IMG/VR virus record: IMGVR_UViG_3300033995_001164
Coordinates: 62,001 to 126,000 of that record
DNA: 64,000 nt
Strand: one strand, 5' to 3'
The notes beneath the pieces were generated by a model. That model made no database searches, was not told the DNA's origin, and saw nothing but the letters and a program-made list of their open reading frames with translations. The translations under genes were made by a program, and so were the position numbers. Below are positions 18,143 to 27,107 of this stretch, one piece after another (the first letter of the stretch is position 1; the number at the start of each line of letters is the position of its first letter).

Positions 18143-19660
18143 TTATAAACATGTTGACCCTTGAGGCTGAAGAGTTATTGTTATATCCGCATTTGTTGAT
18201 AAATCTACTCCTATAAATTCTACATAACCTGGAGTTAAAATACATTCATTGTACCCAGTATTTAATGAAAGATTTACGGGAGCATCTGTTGACACAGAAA
18301 CAAATACCCCTACTGTAGAAAGTCCTGGTATTGCACCTCCATAATTCCCTATAGCATTTTCTCCTCCTAATACTGGAAATGTTCCTGAGGTTGTAATAAT
18401 GGAAATTGAGTTTACTTGTACATCACCAATACTTCCAAAAGTGTCAACATTATTAATAAAAACTTGTCCTGTTGAAGTTATTGATGTAGTTGTAGGAGTT
18501 GGGGTCGTTGTTGGTGTTGGTGTTGGTGTTTGAGTTTGAGTTTGAGTTTGAGTAGGAGTTGGCGGGATAATACAAGGTTGAACTGTAAATACCCCTGTTA
18601 ATAAATTATACCCATATAAACCAACGCACTGGGTACCGGTACATGTATTATTAAAAAGTGTTATGTCTACATCAGGGAAATCATAATTACCCAATAAGAT
18701 TCCTCCAACATTATTAAATCCGTAATCACCATTACTAACCATTGTACCTCCCGAATAAGCAAACATTTGTAATCCAATCATACCATCACCTACTGTACTA
18801 AACCAATTAGCCTCGCAATTAATTTGAATACTATCAACAAGTCCGTTAATCCTTAAAGTTTCAACGTCAACATAAACACTTTCTGTCCCATATCCTCTAT
18901 TATCTCCCCCCCACCATAAATTAGGGCCTACCCACACACCGGAATTTAAAACACCATTAACACAATAACCCACAGGATTACTATTATTTGAATATGGCGT
19001 CGTATTTCCATTTACATATAATGTTGTTAAAGTATCTAAATCCGTCCCTGATGTTATTTCAAAATTATATTTAAAAACAAGATAATCCACGTCATTTATT
19101 ATTGGTACATTAGTTGGTGTTGGTGTTTGTGTTGGTGTTTGTGTTGGAGTTCCTGTTTGACTTGGGGTATTTGTTGGTGTTTGGGTAGGAGTCGCTGTTT
19201 GACTTGGAGTATTTGTCGGTGTTTGGGTTGGGGTTTGGGTTGGTGTTTGTGTTGGTGTATTTGTTGGCGTTTGACTTGAAGTATTTGTTGGTGTTTGTGT
19301 TGGTGTATTTGTTGGTGTTTGACTTGAAGTATTTGTTGGTGTTTGTGTTTGTGTTGGTGTATTTGTTGGCGTTTGACTTGAAGTATTTGTTGGTGTTTGT
19401 GTTGGAGTTCCTGTTTGTGTTGGTGTATTTGTTGGTGTATTTGTTGGTGTTTGAGTATTTGTGGGTGTCGTTGTATTTGTTGGAGTATTTGTGGGTGTTT
19501 GTGTGTTAGTCGGTGTTTGTGTGTTAGTCGGTGTTGCCGTTGGTGTTGGAGCTGGTAATAAAACACCATTAATTCTAATGGTGTTCGATATAAGATTGTT
19601 GTTAACCCTTTTCATAGAGGTTAACAACACATCATCAAATTTTTTAAGTAATTGTGTCAT
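18143..19660 (-). CDS. mucin-like Thr-Pro repeat virion protein with globular beta domains
   Basis: ~150-aa TPTNT/TPTQT tract; central DLD...[15 protein letters not shown] domain. Confidence 0.65.
   Translation of the reverse strand: MTQLLKKFDDVLLTSMKRVNNNLISNTIRINGVLLPAPTPTATPTNTQTPTNTQTPTNTPTNTTTPTNTQTPTNTPTNTPTQTGTPTQTPTNTSSQTPTNTPTQTQTPTNTSSQTPTNTPTQTPTNTSSQTPTNTPTQTPTQTPTQTPTNTPSQTATPTQTPTNTPSQTGTPTQTPTQTPTPTNVPIINDVDYLVFKYNFEITSGTDLDTLTTLYVNGNTTPYSNNSNPVGYCVNGVLNSGVWVGPNLWWGGDNRGYGTESVYVDVETLRINGLVDSIQINCEANWFSTVGDGMIGLQMFAYSGGTMVSNGDYGFNNVGGILLGNYDFPDVDITLFNNTCTGTQCVGLYGYNLLTGVFTVQPCIIPPTPTQTQTQTQTPTPTPTTTPTPTTTSITSTGQVFINNVDTFGSIGDVQVNSISIITTSGTFPVLGGENAIGNYGGAIPGLSTVGVFVSVSTDAPVNLSLNTGYNECILTPGYVEFIGVDLSTNADITITLQPQGSTCL
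19100..19550 (-). repeat. tandem 12/24-nt coding repeats ([12 protein letters not shown])
   Basis: Repeated plus-strand units such as gtatttgttggtgtttgacttgaa and ttgtgttggtgt. Confidence 0.9.
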
Positions 19661-19670
19661 TTATTTAAAT

Positions 19671-22600
19671 TTACAGTACTTCAACCCAACTATTATCCGG
19701 ACAGAAATAGAGTATATCATTTATCGCGTCGGTACAATAACCAATGATTCTAACATTATTACCGGATGCCGGTGGAGATGTTGAGCTAAACCCTCCCGCA
19801 GTTGTTGACACATATTGTATAGAACCTAAAGTCATACTAGTAAATGACGTTGTACTAAATTTAGCATAACCTCGTAGTAATATTCCATCAGCAACTGTAG
19901 TGCCTAAAGCAATACCTAATAATCCTGTCGACCCAGAAACAGTAGTTGCATTTGCTGCTGTCCAAATACCTCCTGAACTGTAATAATAAACCGAACCAGC
20001 AACTAATGTGCCAGAACCGAAGTAAATGACCTCTCCCGCACCACCATTAGTAGTTGGAACTGTAAATATTTTATTTTTATCAATATTAAGATTATTAACA
20101 AATGTTGTACAACTTCTGTTTGCCGTAAGATTATTACCTATAATATGACTATTATTAAATGATGAAGGGATTGTATTGCACATACCTCCAAGTATTGATG
20201 AATTTGTTGAATAAATGTTATTTTGAAATCCACCTCCGATAGTCGAATAGCAGGAAATTATATCAATTTTGTTACCATATCCACCCCCAATTGTTGACCC
20301 ATTACCAAAAGACCTGTTGATACTACCACCTCCAACAAATGATTGGCAACCGGAAGCGGTATTACATTTACCTCCACCAATTGTTGAGAAGTACCCTGTT
20401 GCACAGTTTCTAAATCCACCTCCAATTGTCGATAGTCTACCGGCATTACAACAAACAATTGCCCCTGATAATATACCTGTAGTTACATTAAATGTTCCAC
20501 CCGAAGTATTGTGTCCAATACCACCACCAATTGTTGCGCCTAATGAACAACATTCATTAGGCGTTGATTGAATTATATTTCTTTGTCCACCACCAATTTG
20601 TGAGAACCTTGCTCCCACACTATTACGACAACCACCGACAATAGTTGAGTAAACTCCTCGTGATGTGTTAAAACTACCTCCGCCAATAAAAGTATAACCA
20701 GCTGTTGCACAGTTTCTAAATCCACCTCCAATTGTCGATAGTTTACCGGCGTTACAACAATTAATTGACCCAGTTAAATCTCCCGTAGTCGCATCAAATG
20801 TTCCACCTGAAGTATTATGTCCAATACCTCCACCAATTGTCGCCCCTAATGAACAACATTCATTAGGCGTTGATTGAATTATATTTCTTTGTCCACCACC
20901 AATTTGTGAGAATTTAGCGTTTGTAATATTACAATATCCGCCTCCGATAAACGATGTTAACCCTAATGATGAGTTACATCGACCACCACCAATGAATGAA
21001 TTTTGTCCGGATGAAAGATTACAATAACCACCACCAATTGTTGATTGGTAACCTAATGATGAGTTACATTTACCTCCACCAATTGTTGAATAATACCCTG
21101 TTGTACCGTTTTCTCCACCACCACCAATTGTTGAGAAATCACCGAAAGTTTGATTACATCGTCCCCCACCAATGGTTGTGAAACCAATATTAGGGGTTGA
21201 AGTATTACAGTAACCTCCAGATATTGTATTACCACCAGTACTTGCTGCGACACTATTATAAACATTAGTATTAATAGTATTCCTATTCCCACCATTAATA
21301 ACATCACCTACTCTTGGGTAAGAGTAATTAAAATTTTGAGATGGAAAAATTCTGTTTGAATAACCACCACCGATAAATGATGTGGTACCTGATGATGAGT
21401 TACATCGACCACCACTGATTGTTGAGGTAGACCCTGAAACAAGATTATTAAAACCTCCTCCGATTGTTGAACAAAATCCGTTAGAAATATTTTGACGACC
21501 ACCACCAACGGTTGAATGAGTACAACAAGCCTTGTTATAAAACCCTCCACTAACTGTTGAACGGATACCATAAGCGGTGTTTTCCTGGCCACCCCCAACT
21601 GTCGAATAACAATTATTTGCAATATTATAATTACCTCCAGCAATTGTTGAATAAGTACCACAAGCAGTGTTACAAGAACCACCACCAATTGTTGAATAAT
21701 TATTTGAAGAAGTATTACCACAACCGCCACCGATAAACGATGTTAACCCTGATGATGAGTTACATTGACCACCACCAATGAATGAATTTTGTCCGGATGA
21801 AAGATTACAATAACCACCACCAATTGTTGATTGGTAACCTGATGATGAGTTACATTTACCTCCACCAATTGTTGAATAATTATTTGAAGAAGTATTATAC
21901 GAACCACCACCGATTGTAGAACTAAGTCCAGTAGCATCATTACTATATCCACCACTAATCGTAGAATTAAGATTTGACGCAATATTATTAAATCCCCCCC
22001 CAACTGTTGAATAAGTATTTGAAGCACAGTTTTGATAACCACCACCAATTGTTGACCAATTTCCAAGTGATGAATTACATCTTCCTCCACCAATTGTTGA
22101 CGCACATCCAATAGTATTATTGAAAACCCCACCAGCAATTGTTGAACCATCACCAGACGCACCATTTGTTACACCCCCACCAATTGTTGAATATGCAGTT
22201 GATACGGTATTATTTCGGCCACCTCCAATTGTTGAACAAGCTCCTGTTGCACAGTTTTGATAACCACCCCCAATTGTAGAATTAACCCCATAAGCAAGAT
22301 TAGAACTACCCCCACCAATTGTTGAGTAAGTACAAGAAGCGGTATTACCACGACCTCCACCAATTGTTGAAGTATAACCATACGCACAATTTGTTACACC
22401 CCCACCAATTGTTGAATAATTATTTGAAGAAGTATTATACGAGCCACCACCAATTGTTGACCAATTCCCAAGTGATGAGTTACATTGACCACCACCAATG
22501 AATGAATTTTGTCCGGATGAAAGATTACAATAACCACCACCAATTGTTGATTGGTAACCTGATGATGAGTTACATTTACCTCCACCAATTGTTGAATAAT

Positions 22601-24050
22601 TATTTGAAGAAGTATTATACGAACCACCACCGATTGTAGAACTAAGTCCAGTAGCATCATTACTATATCCACCACTAATCGTAGAATTAAGATTTGACGC
22701 AATATTATTAAATCCCCCCCCAACTGTTGAATAAGTATTTGAAGCACAGTTTTGATAACCACCACCAATTGTTGATTGGTAACCTGATGATGAGTTACAT
22801 TTACCTCCACCAATTGTTGAACAAGCTCCTGTTGCACAGTTTCTAAATCCACCCCCAATAGTTGATAATCTACCAGCATCACAACAAGTAATTACACCAG
22901 TTAAATTTCCAGTAGTAGTATTAAATGTTCCTCCATTAGTATTATGACCAATACCGCCACCAATTGTTACCCCTAAAGAGCAATAAGGATTTGTAGGGGA
23001 TTGAATTATGTTTCTTTGTCCTCCAGCAATAACTGAAAATCTTGAATTTGTTATGTTGCAACAACCAGCTCCAATTGTTGAATAAGTAGCAGAAGCGGTA
23101 TTATTTGTTCCCCCTCCAATTGTTGAAAAACCATCAGAAGTAAAATTACAAACACCACCTCCAACTGTTGAATTTGTTCCAGAAGCATAATTACATCTAC
23201 CACCACCTACTGTTGAATACGCACCAGTAGCATCATTGGAATAACCACCAGCAATTGTTGAACGACAACCAGAAGCAATATTTAATACACCACCACCAAT
23301 TGATGAATGGTTCGAAGTAGCGTTATTAGAACTACCACCTCCTATTGTTGCCTGACAACCAGAAGCAGTATTAAAAGAACCACCTCCAATTGTTGCATTA
23401 CTTCCACTTGCAGAATTGTTATTACCACCTGATATTGTTGAAATATATCCTGTTGCACAGTTTCTTAAACCACCACTTATCGTTGATAATTTTCCAGCAT
23501 TACAACAAGTAATTACTCCTGATAAAATACCTGTGGTCGCATTAAATGTTCCACCTGAAGTATTGTGTCCAATACCACCACCTATTGTCGTACCCAAAGA
23601 ACAACATTCATTTATTGGTGATTGAATTACGTTTCTATTACCACCACCAATAAATGACATTCTAGCGTTTGTTGTGTTTCCACTTCCACCTAAAGACGCA
23701 GAATAAGCACCTGACGCGATATTACTAACGCCACATCTAACTGATGAGTTAGTGCCAGTTCCTGATATAATAACCGCGGATGGACGGGTATCAGCACTAA
23801 CTTTCATAACTAAATCCGTATTTGTAATACCTGTATAATACCAATATTCTAATATTCCTGTATTAGAGGTTACATATCTACCTCCATTATATGTTGTTGT
23901 TCCGGTTATAATACCAACAGATAAACCAATATACCTATTTGCAATAATAATACTATTATTAGCTTCAGTGGTACTAGTCCACGGTCCGTATCGAGTGTCT
24001 AATGATTTAGGTGAAAATGTTTCTAAATTGTCATTAATTATAATTGCCAT
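19671..24050 (-). CDS. long tail fibre/adhesin with ~14-aa STIGGGxxN repeats (YadA-like beta-roll)
   Basis: Dozens of STIGGG..N repeats; N-terminal LDTRYGPW...RYIGLSVGI domain; C-terminal GLLGIAL..LLRGY..YFCPDNSW domain. Confidence 0.75.
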   Translation of the reverse strand: MAIIINDNLETFSPKSLDTRYGPWTSTTEANNSIIIANRYIGLSVGIITGTTTYNGGRYVTSNTGILEYWYYTGITNTDLVMKVSADTRPSAVIISGTGTNSSVRCGVSNIASGAYSASLGGSGNTTNARMSFIGGGNRNVIQSPINECCSLGTTIGGGIGHNTSGGTFNATTGILSGVITCCNAGKLSTISGGLRNCATGYISTISGGNNNSASGSNATIGGGSFNTASGCQATIGGGSSNNATSNHSSIGGGVLNIASGCRSTIAGGYSNDATGAYSTVGGGRCNYASGTNSTVGGGVCNFTSDGFSTIGGGTNNTASATYSTIGAGCCNITNSRFSVIAGGQRNIIQSPTNPYCSLGVTIGGGIGHNTNGGTFNTTTGNLTGVITCCDAGRLSTIGGGFRNCATGACSTIGGGKCNSSSGYQSTIGGGYQNCASNTYSTVGGGFNNIASNLNSTISGGYSNDATGLSSTIGGGSYNTSSNNYSTIGGGKCNSSSGYQSTIGGGYCNLSSGQNSFIGGGQCNSSLGNWSTIGGGSYNTSSNNYSTIGGGVTNCAYGYTSTIGGGRGNTASCTYSTIGGGSSNLAYGVNSTIGGGYQNCATGACSTIGGGRNNTVSTAYSTIGGGVTNGASGDGSTIAGGVFNNTIGCASTIGGGRCNSSLGNWSTIGGGYQNCASNTYSTVGGGFNNIASNLNSTISGGYSNDATGLSSTIGGGSYNTSSNNYSTIGGGKCNSSSGYQSTIGGGYCNLSSGQNSFIGGGQCNSSSGLTSFIGGGCGNTSSNNYSTIGGGSCNTACGTYSTIAGGNYNIANNCYSTVGGGQENTAYGIRSTVSGGFYNKACCTHSTVGGGRQNISNGFCSTIGGGFNNLVSGSTSTISGGRCNSSSGTTSFIGGGYSNRIFPSQNFNYSYPRVGDVINGGNRNTINTNVYNSVAASTGGNTISGGYCNTSTPNIGFTTIGGGRCNQTFGDFSTIGGGGENGTTGYYSTIGGGKCNSSLGYQSTIGGGYCNLSSGQNSFIGGGRCNSSLGLTSFIGGGYCNITNAKFSQIGGGQRNIIQSTPNECCSLGATIGGGIGHNTSGGTFDATTGDLTGSINCCNAGKLSTIGGGFRNCATAGYTFIGGGSFNTSRGVYSTIVGGCRNSVGARFSQIGGGQRNIIQSTPNECCSLGATIGGGIGHNTSGGTFNVTTGILSGAIVCCNAGRLSTIGGGFRNCATGYFSTIGGGKCNTASGCQSFVGGGSINRSFGNGSTIGGGYGNKIDIISCYSTIGGGFQNNIYSTNSSILGGMCNTIPSSFNNSHIIGNNLTANRSCTTFVNNLNIDKNKIFTVPTTNGGAGEVIYFGSGTLVAGSVYYYSSGGIWTAANATTVSGSTGLLGIALGTTVADGILLRGYAKFSTTSFTSMTLGSIQYVSTTAGGFSSTSPPASGNNVRIIGYCTDAINDILYFCPDNSWVEVL
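21753..22055. repeat. 303-nt exact direct repeat, copy 1
   Basis: Identical by eye to 22473-22775 (offset 720 nt). Confidence 0.9.
22473..22775. repeat. 303-nt exact direct repeat, copy 2
   Basis: Identical by eye to 21753-22055. Confidence 0.9.
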
Positions 24051-24054
24051 ATTA

Positions 24055-25725
24055 TTATAAGTTTCTTAATTGCATTGATGTGTTAGTTGTTTGATAATTA
24101 CTAATATATATATCAAAATTTATTCCTGACCAATACCCATCAGGACTATTTACTGATTGTAAAACCGGTGATTGAAATAAATTTGTTAACCCCCCTATAT
24201 TCCCGTTATTTAACGCATCTACATACCATTTAGTTTTATCCGGGTAATTATCAAATGTTGCAAACCACAAATATTTCGAAACCGCAGCAAATGGTATTAT
24301 TATCGTTCCCGCAGCACTTAATAAAATTTTATTAGCACTCCCACTTGAAATAAGTGACGCAATACTTGAAGTTGTCGGTTGTGTTGTGGATACCCCCCAA
24401 AAAAATGGGTATATATTATTATAAGTAAATGTTGTACTATCGTAATTAGTTGATGCGGATTGTGGTGCATTAACACTTCTAACTTGTGAAGCTCTGACAT
24501 CAGTTGAGCCTTTATTATTTTGTTTAGCCAATCCAGTAAAATAATTACCATCAGATTTATATACAGTTAAGGTTGTTGTATTTAATCCTGTAGGCGCCGG
24601 TAGTGTATACACTTCAGAATAAGGTGTTGGACTTATAGTATATGATATATTTGGATTATTGGGGTCTGTATATCCGAATTGACTAGGTATATTAGTTGTA
24701 AACCCACTAGTTAAAGTTGTGTCAGTGAAAATCGGATTACCGTCTCTTAATAATCGTAATTGAGTGTATCGTCCTGCATCATTTTTAACACCTGTTGCCG
24801 TCAATGATAACGAGATAGTTGAACCCACCTCAGCAAGAGTATTAGAAACCCCCCCTATTGAAATTGTCGGTATTGTATATGTTGGTAGTACTGTTGGAAA
24901 TAATAAGTCATTAAATAAACTGACAAAAGTATTCCCACTTAAACTACTAACTGTGGTTCCGGAGGGAATTCCCCCTACATCAGTTGGCATCACTAATGTT
25001 GGTGATAATAAAGTATTATAGGTTGTATATAATATAGTTCCCTCACTAATACCTAACCCAGTATTTGCAGAAACACTTATCTCACCACTTGTAAATCCTG
25101 TAACAGGTACTGTTCCTCCCGTAACATTATATAATTCTAATGTTGAGGTTGCGGAAAAATAAGTCGCACCTGAGACTTGAGCTCCTCCCGCATAAAATAT
25201 TTTCCAACGAGCATCATTTCTTGACACACCATTGACATTTTCAATTGTTGATGCGGTCCAAGCATTGACAAACGCAGTTCCTTCCGTGGTATTACTTCTA
25301 ACAATAGTCGAATAATTTGATTCAGTTACTGTTACAGGTGTTTGTCCGCTAACCGCAGCCCATAAAGATTCATAATTCGGTATATTATATTGGTAAACAG
25401 TATTTGTTTCTTGAACAAACACTAACATACCAAGTCTTCTTCTTCCTGAGGAAATATTATCTGAGTTTAAAGTAATAAAATCAGGTGAGGATAAAGGGTT
25501 AGACCCTTTTGTGAAATTTATTGGAATTGTATTTGCAGATAATTGAATATTTGATGGATATGTCGATGCAGTTAATATTAAATTAAGGTCATTTAAATTG
25601 TAAACTTCCATATACCCCCCAGTACTTAATACTGAAAAATTTGTACCAAAAGTACTGGTTCTATCAGCACTTTGAGTACCGGATAATTGGGCTGAGGTTA
25701 AAGGGTTTTTATAAGGGAATGACAT
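24055..25725 (-). CDS. virion structural/fibre-associated protein
   Basis: T/S/G-rich; GGYMEV...RRRLGMLVFV motif; located in the tail module. Confidence 0.55.
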   Translation of the reverse strand: MSFPYKNPLTSAQLSGTQSADRTSTFGTNFSVLSTGGYMEVYNLNDLNLILTASTYPSNIQLSANTIPINFTKGSNPLSSPDFITLNSDNISSGRRRLGMLVFVQETNTVYQYNIPNYESLWAAVSGQTPVTVTESNYSTIVRSNTTEGTAFVNAWTASTIENVNGVSRNDARWKIFYAGGAQVSGATYFSATSTLELYNVTGGTVPVTGFTSGEISVSANTGLGISEGTILYTTYNTLLSPTLVMPTDVGGIPSGTTVSSLSGNTFVSLFNDLLFPTVLPTYTIPTISIGGVSNTLAEVGSTISLSLTATGVKNDAGRYTQLRLLRDGNPIFTDTTLTSGFTTNIPSQFGYTDPNNPNISYTISPTPYSEVYTLPAPTGLNTTTLTVYKSDGNYFTGLAKQNNKGSTDVRASQVRSVNAPQSASTNYDSTTFTYNNIYPFFWGVSTTQPTTSSIASLISSGSANKILLSAAGTIIIPFAAVSKYLWFATFDNYPDKTKWYVDALNNGNIGGLTNLFQSPVLQSVNSPDGYWSGINFDIYISNYQTTNTSMQLRNL

Positions 25726-25748
25726 ATTTTTATTTTATTATTTAATTA

Positions 25749-26723
25749 TTATGATTTAATATCCCCTTTAATCCATAGGGTATTTGTTAATGGTGGCGAC
25801 GATGGTTGTGAACATAATTCAATCATCCATAATATTCGATATACCCCTGAAGGAATAACACAACCTGACGGTACTATAACATTGACAGATGCATTTACCG
25901 CATCAGGAATTCCGTCATTAATTATCGAAGTTGAACAAGCACTTCCAATACCAACATCTAAAGTCATATTATTAAGAGCACCACCAACTCCATTAAGCGG
26001 AATCCAAACGGTATAGGTGTATTGTATTGACGAATTTATTTGTGATGGTAAAATTGGTACACTACCTAAAGTGTATTGATTTTGAGGACACCCGTATGAA
26101 TCAGTTCCACCTCCTGATGATTGCATAATAGTCCCCGAAAATGTGGATATATTTGTAACAAAATTACCCGATGAACCAGTCCATCCCGAATATTGTACGT
26201 ATAAAGCCATATCGTCAGCATAACTGGAACCTGCCGGTGTACCACTGTTACCCCACCCAAAGAATGCAGTTGCACCAGTATTGTACATGTATGACCCTAA
26301 ATCATTCAATGAAGTACTATCTTGTGGTTCAGGGAATATATAACCTAAAAACGCAGCCCCACTTGGTGTTGGTGTTTGAGTTGGAGTATTTGTTTGAGTT
26401 GGAGTATTTGTTTGAGTTGGAGTATTTGTCGGAGTATTTGTCGGAGTTTGAGTAGGGGTAGGAGTTTGAGTAGGGGTTTGAGTAGGAGTAGTTGTCGGAG
26501 TCACACATTGAAGCTCAATAACTACTCCAATTAACATTTCTTCTAATGTTACACCGGAATAATAAAGTATATCATTAACGTAAATGTCAAAAGGGCCTAA
26601 CGCCGGAGAATCCGGACTAACCTTAATAAGATAAGAAGAACATGAAGTTACTGCCAACGCTTGTACTATTTCATTATCACAACCGGACGCGGTATTAATT
26701 ACGGTAATTGAATATATGGCCAC
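25749..26723 (-). CDS. Thr-Pro-linker virion protein
   Basis: PTQTPT tract at ~26360-26500 between two Cys-containing domains. Confidence 0.6.
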   Translation of the reverse strand: MAIYSITVINTASGCDNEIVQALAVTSCSSYLIKVSPDSPALGPFDIYVNDILYYSGVTLEEMLIGVVIELQCVTPTTTPTQTPTQTPTPTQTPTNTPTNTPTQTNTPTQTNTPTQTPTPSGAAFLGYIFPEPQDSTSLNDLGSYMYNTGATAFFGWGNSGTPAGSSYADDMALYVQYSGWTGSSGNFVTNISTFSGTIMQSSGGGTDSYGCPQNQYTLGSVPILPSQINSSIQYTYTVWIPLNGVGGALNNMTLDVGIGSACSTSIINDGIPDAVNASVNVIVPSGCVIPSGVYRILWMIELCSQPSSPPLTNTLWIKGDIKS

Positions 26724-26795
26724 TATTAATATTTTATAATAAATACCTCAAAAGTTTTAATTTAGCAACTAAAAATTGAATTTAAAAATTTAGTT

Positions 26796-27107
26796 TCACG
26801 GATTTAACTTAGAGATAGTCACATTCATTTCACAATCCGCCAATATTATAGTAATTTCAAATGCACATCCCTCACTACAATTTAGAATTTTGAAAACTTC
26901 ACATCCGACAGAATCAACCATTAATAACATAACTTCGGGCGCCGTATCGAAAATAGAAGGAATCACAGTATTATAAGATACTGTCGGAGGGACTGGTCCT
27001 GAAAGAATAGCACCAATTAAAGATTTATTATTACCATAAACATCCGCAATGAAAATGTCAACAGGATATGTACCCCCCGAAATTTCATTTATTCTTACTT
27101 GTGTCAT
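26796..27107 (-). CDS. small virion protein (start probably MTQVRI at 27107)
   Basis: ATGA overlap with the stop of the upstream gene; GGTYPVDIFI...MLLMVDSVGC resembles 13204-13422. Confidence 0.6.
   Translation of the reverse strand: MTQVRINEISGGTYPVDIFIADVYGNNKSLIGAILSGPVPPTVSYNTVIPSIFDTAPEVMLLMVDSVGCEVFKILNCSEGCAFEITIILADCEMNVTISKLNP

Noticed and set aside
19100-19550. CRISPR-like array
   Set aside because: The repeats are contiguous codon-level Thr-Pro repeats inside an ORF, with no unique spacers and no cas genes; the PD-(D/E)XK nuclease at 3509 lacks array context
20960-22780. Diversity-generating retroelement (template/variable repeats) in the fibre gene
   Set aside because: The two long copies are identical, the differences in the third copy are not adenine-specific, all copies are in-frame coding, and no reverse transcriptase is present in the window
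19099-22882. Gln/His- or Val/Leu-rich alternative-frame ORFs (e.g. 19099-19569, 21308-21730, 21743-22165, 22394-22882)
   Set aside because: Shadow frames produced by the repetitive coding sequence of the real genes
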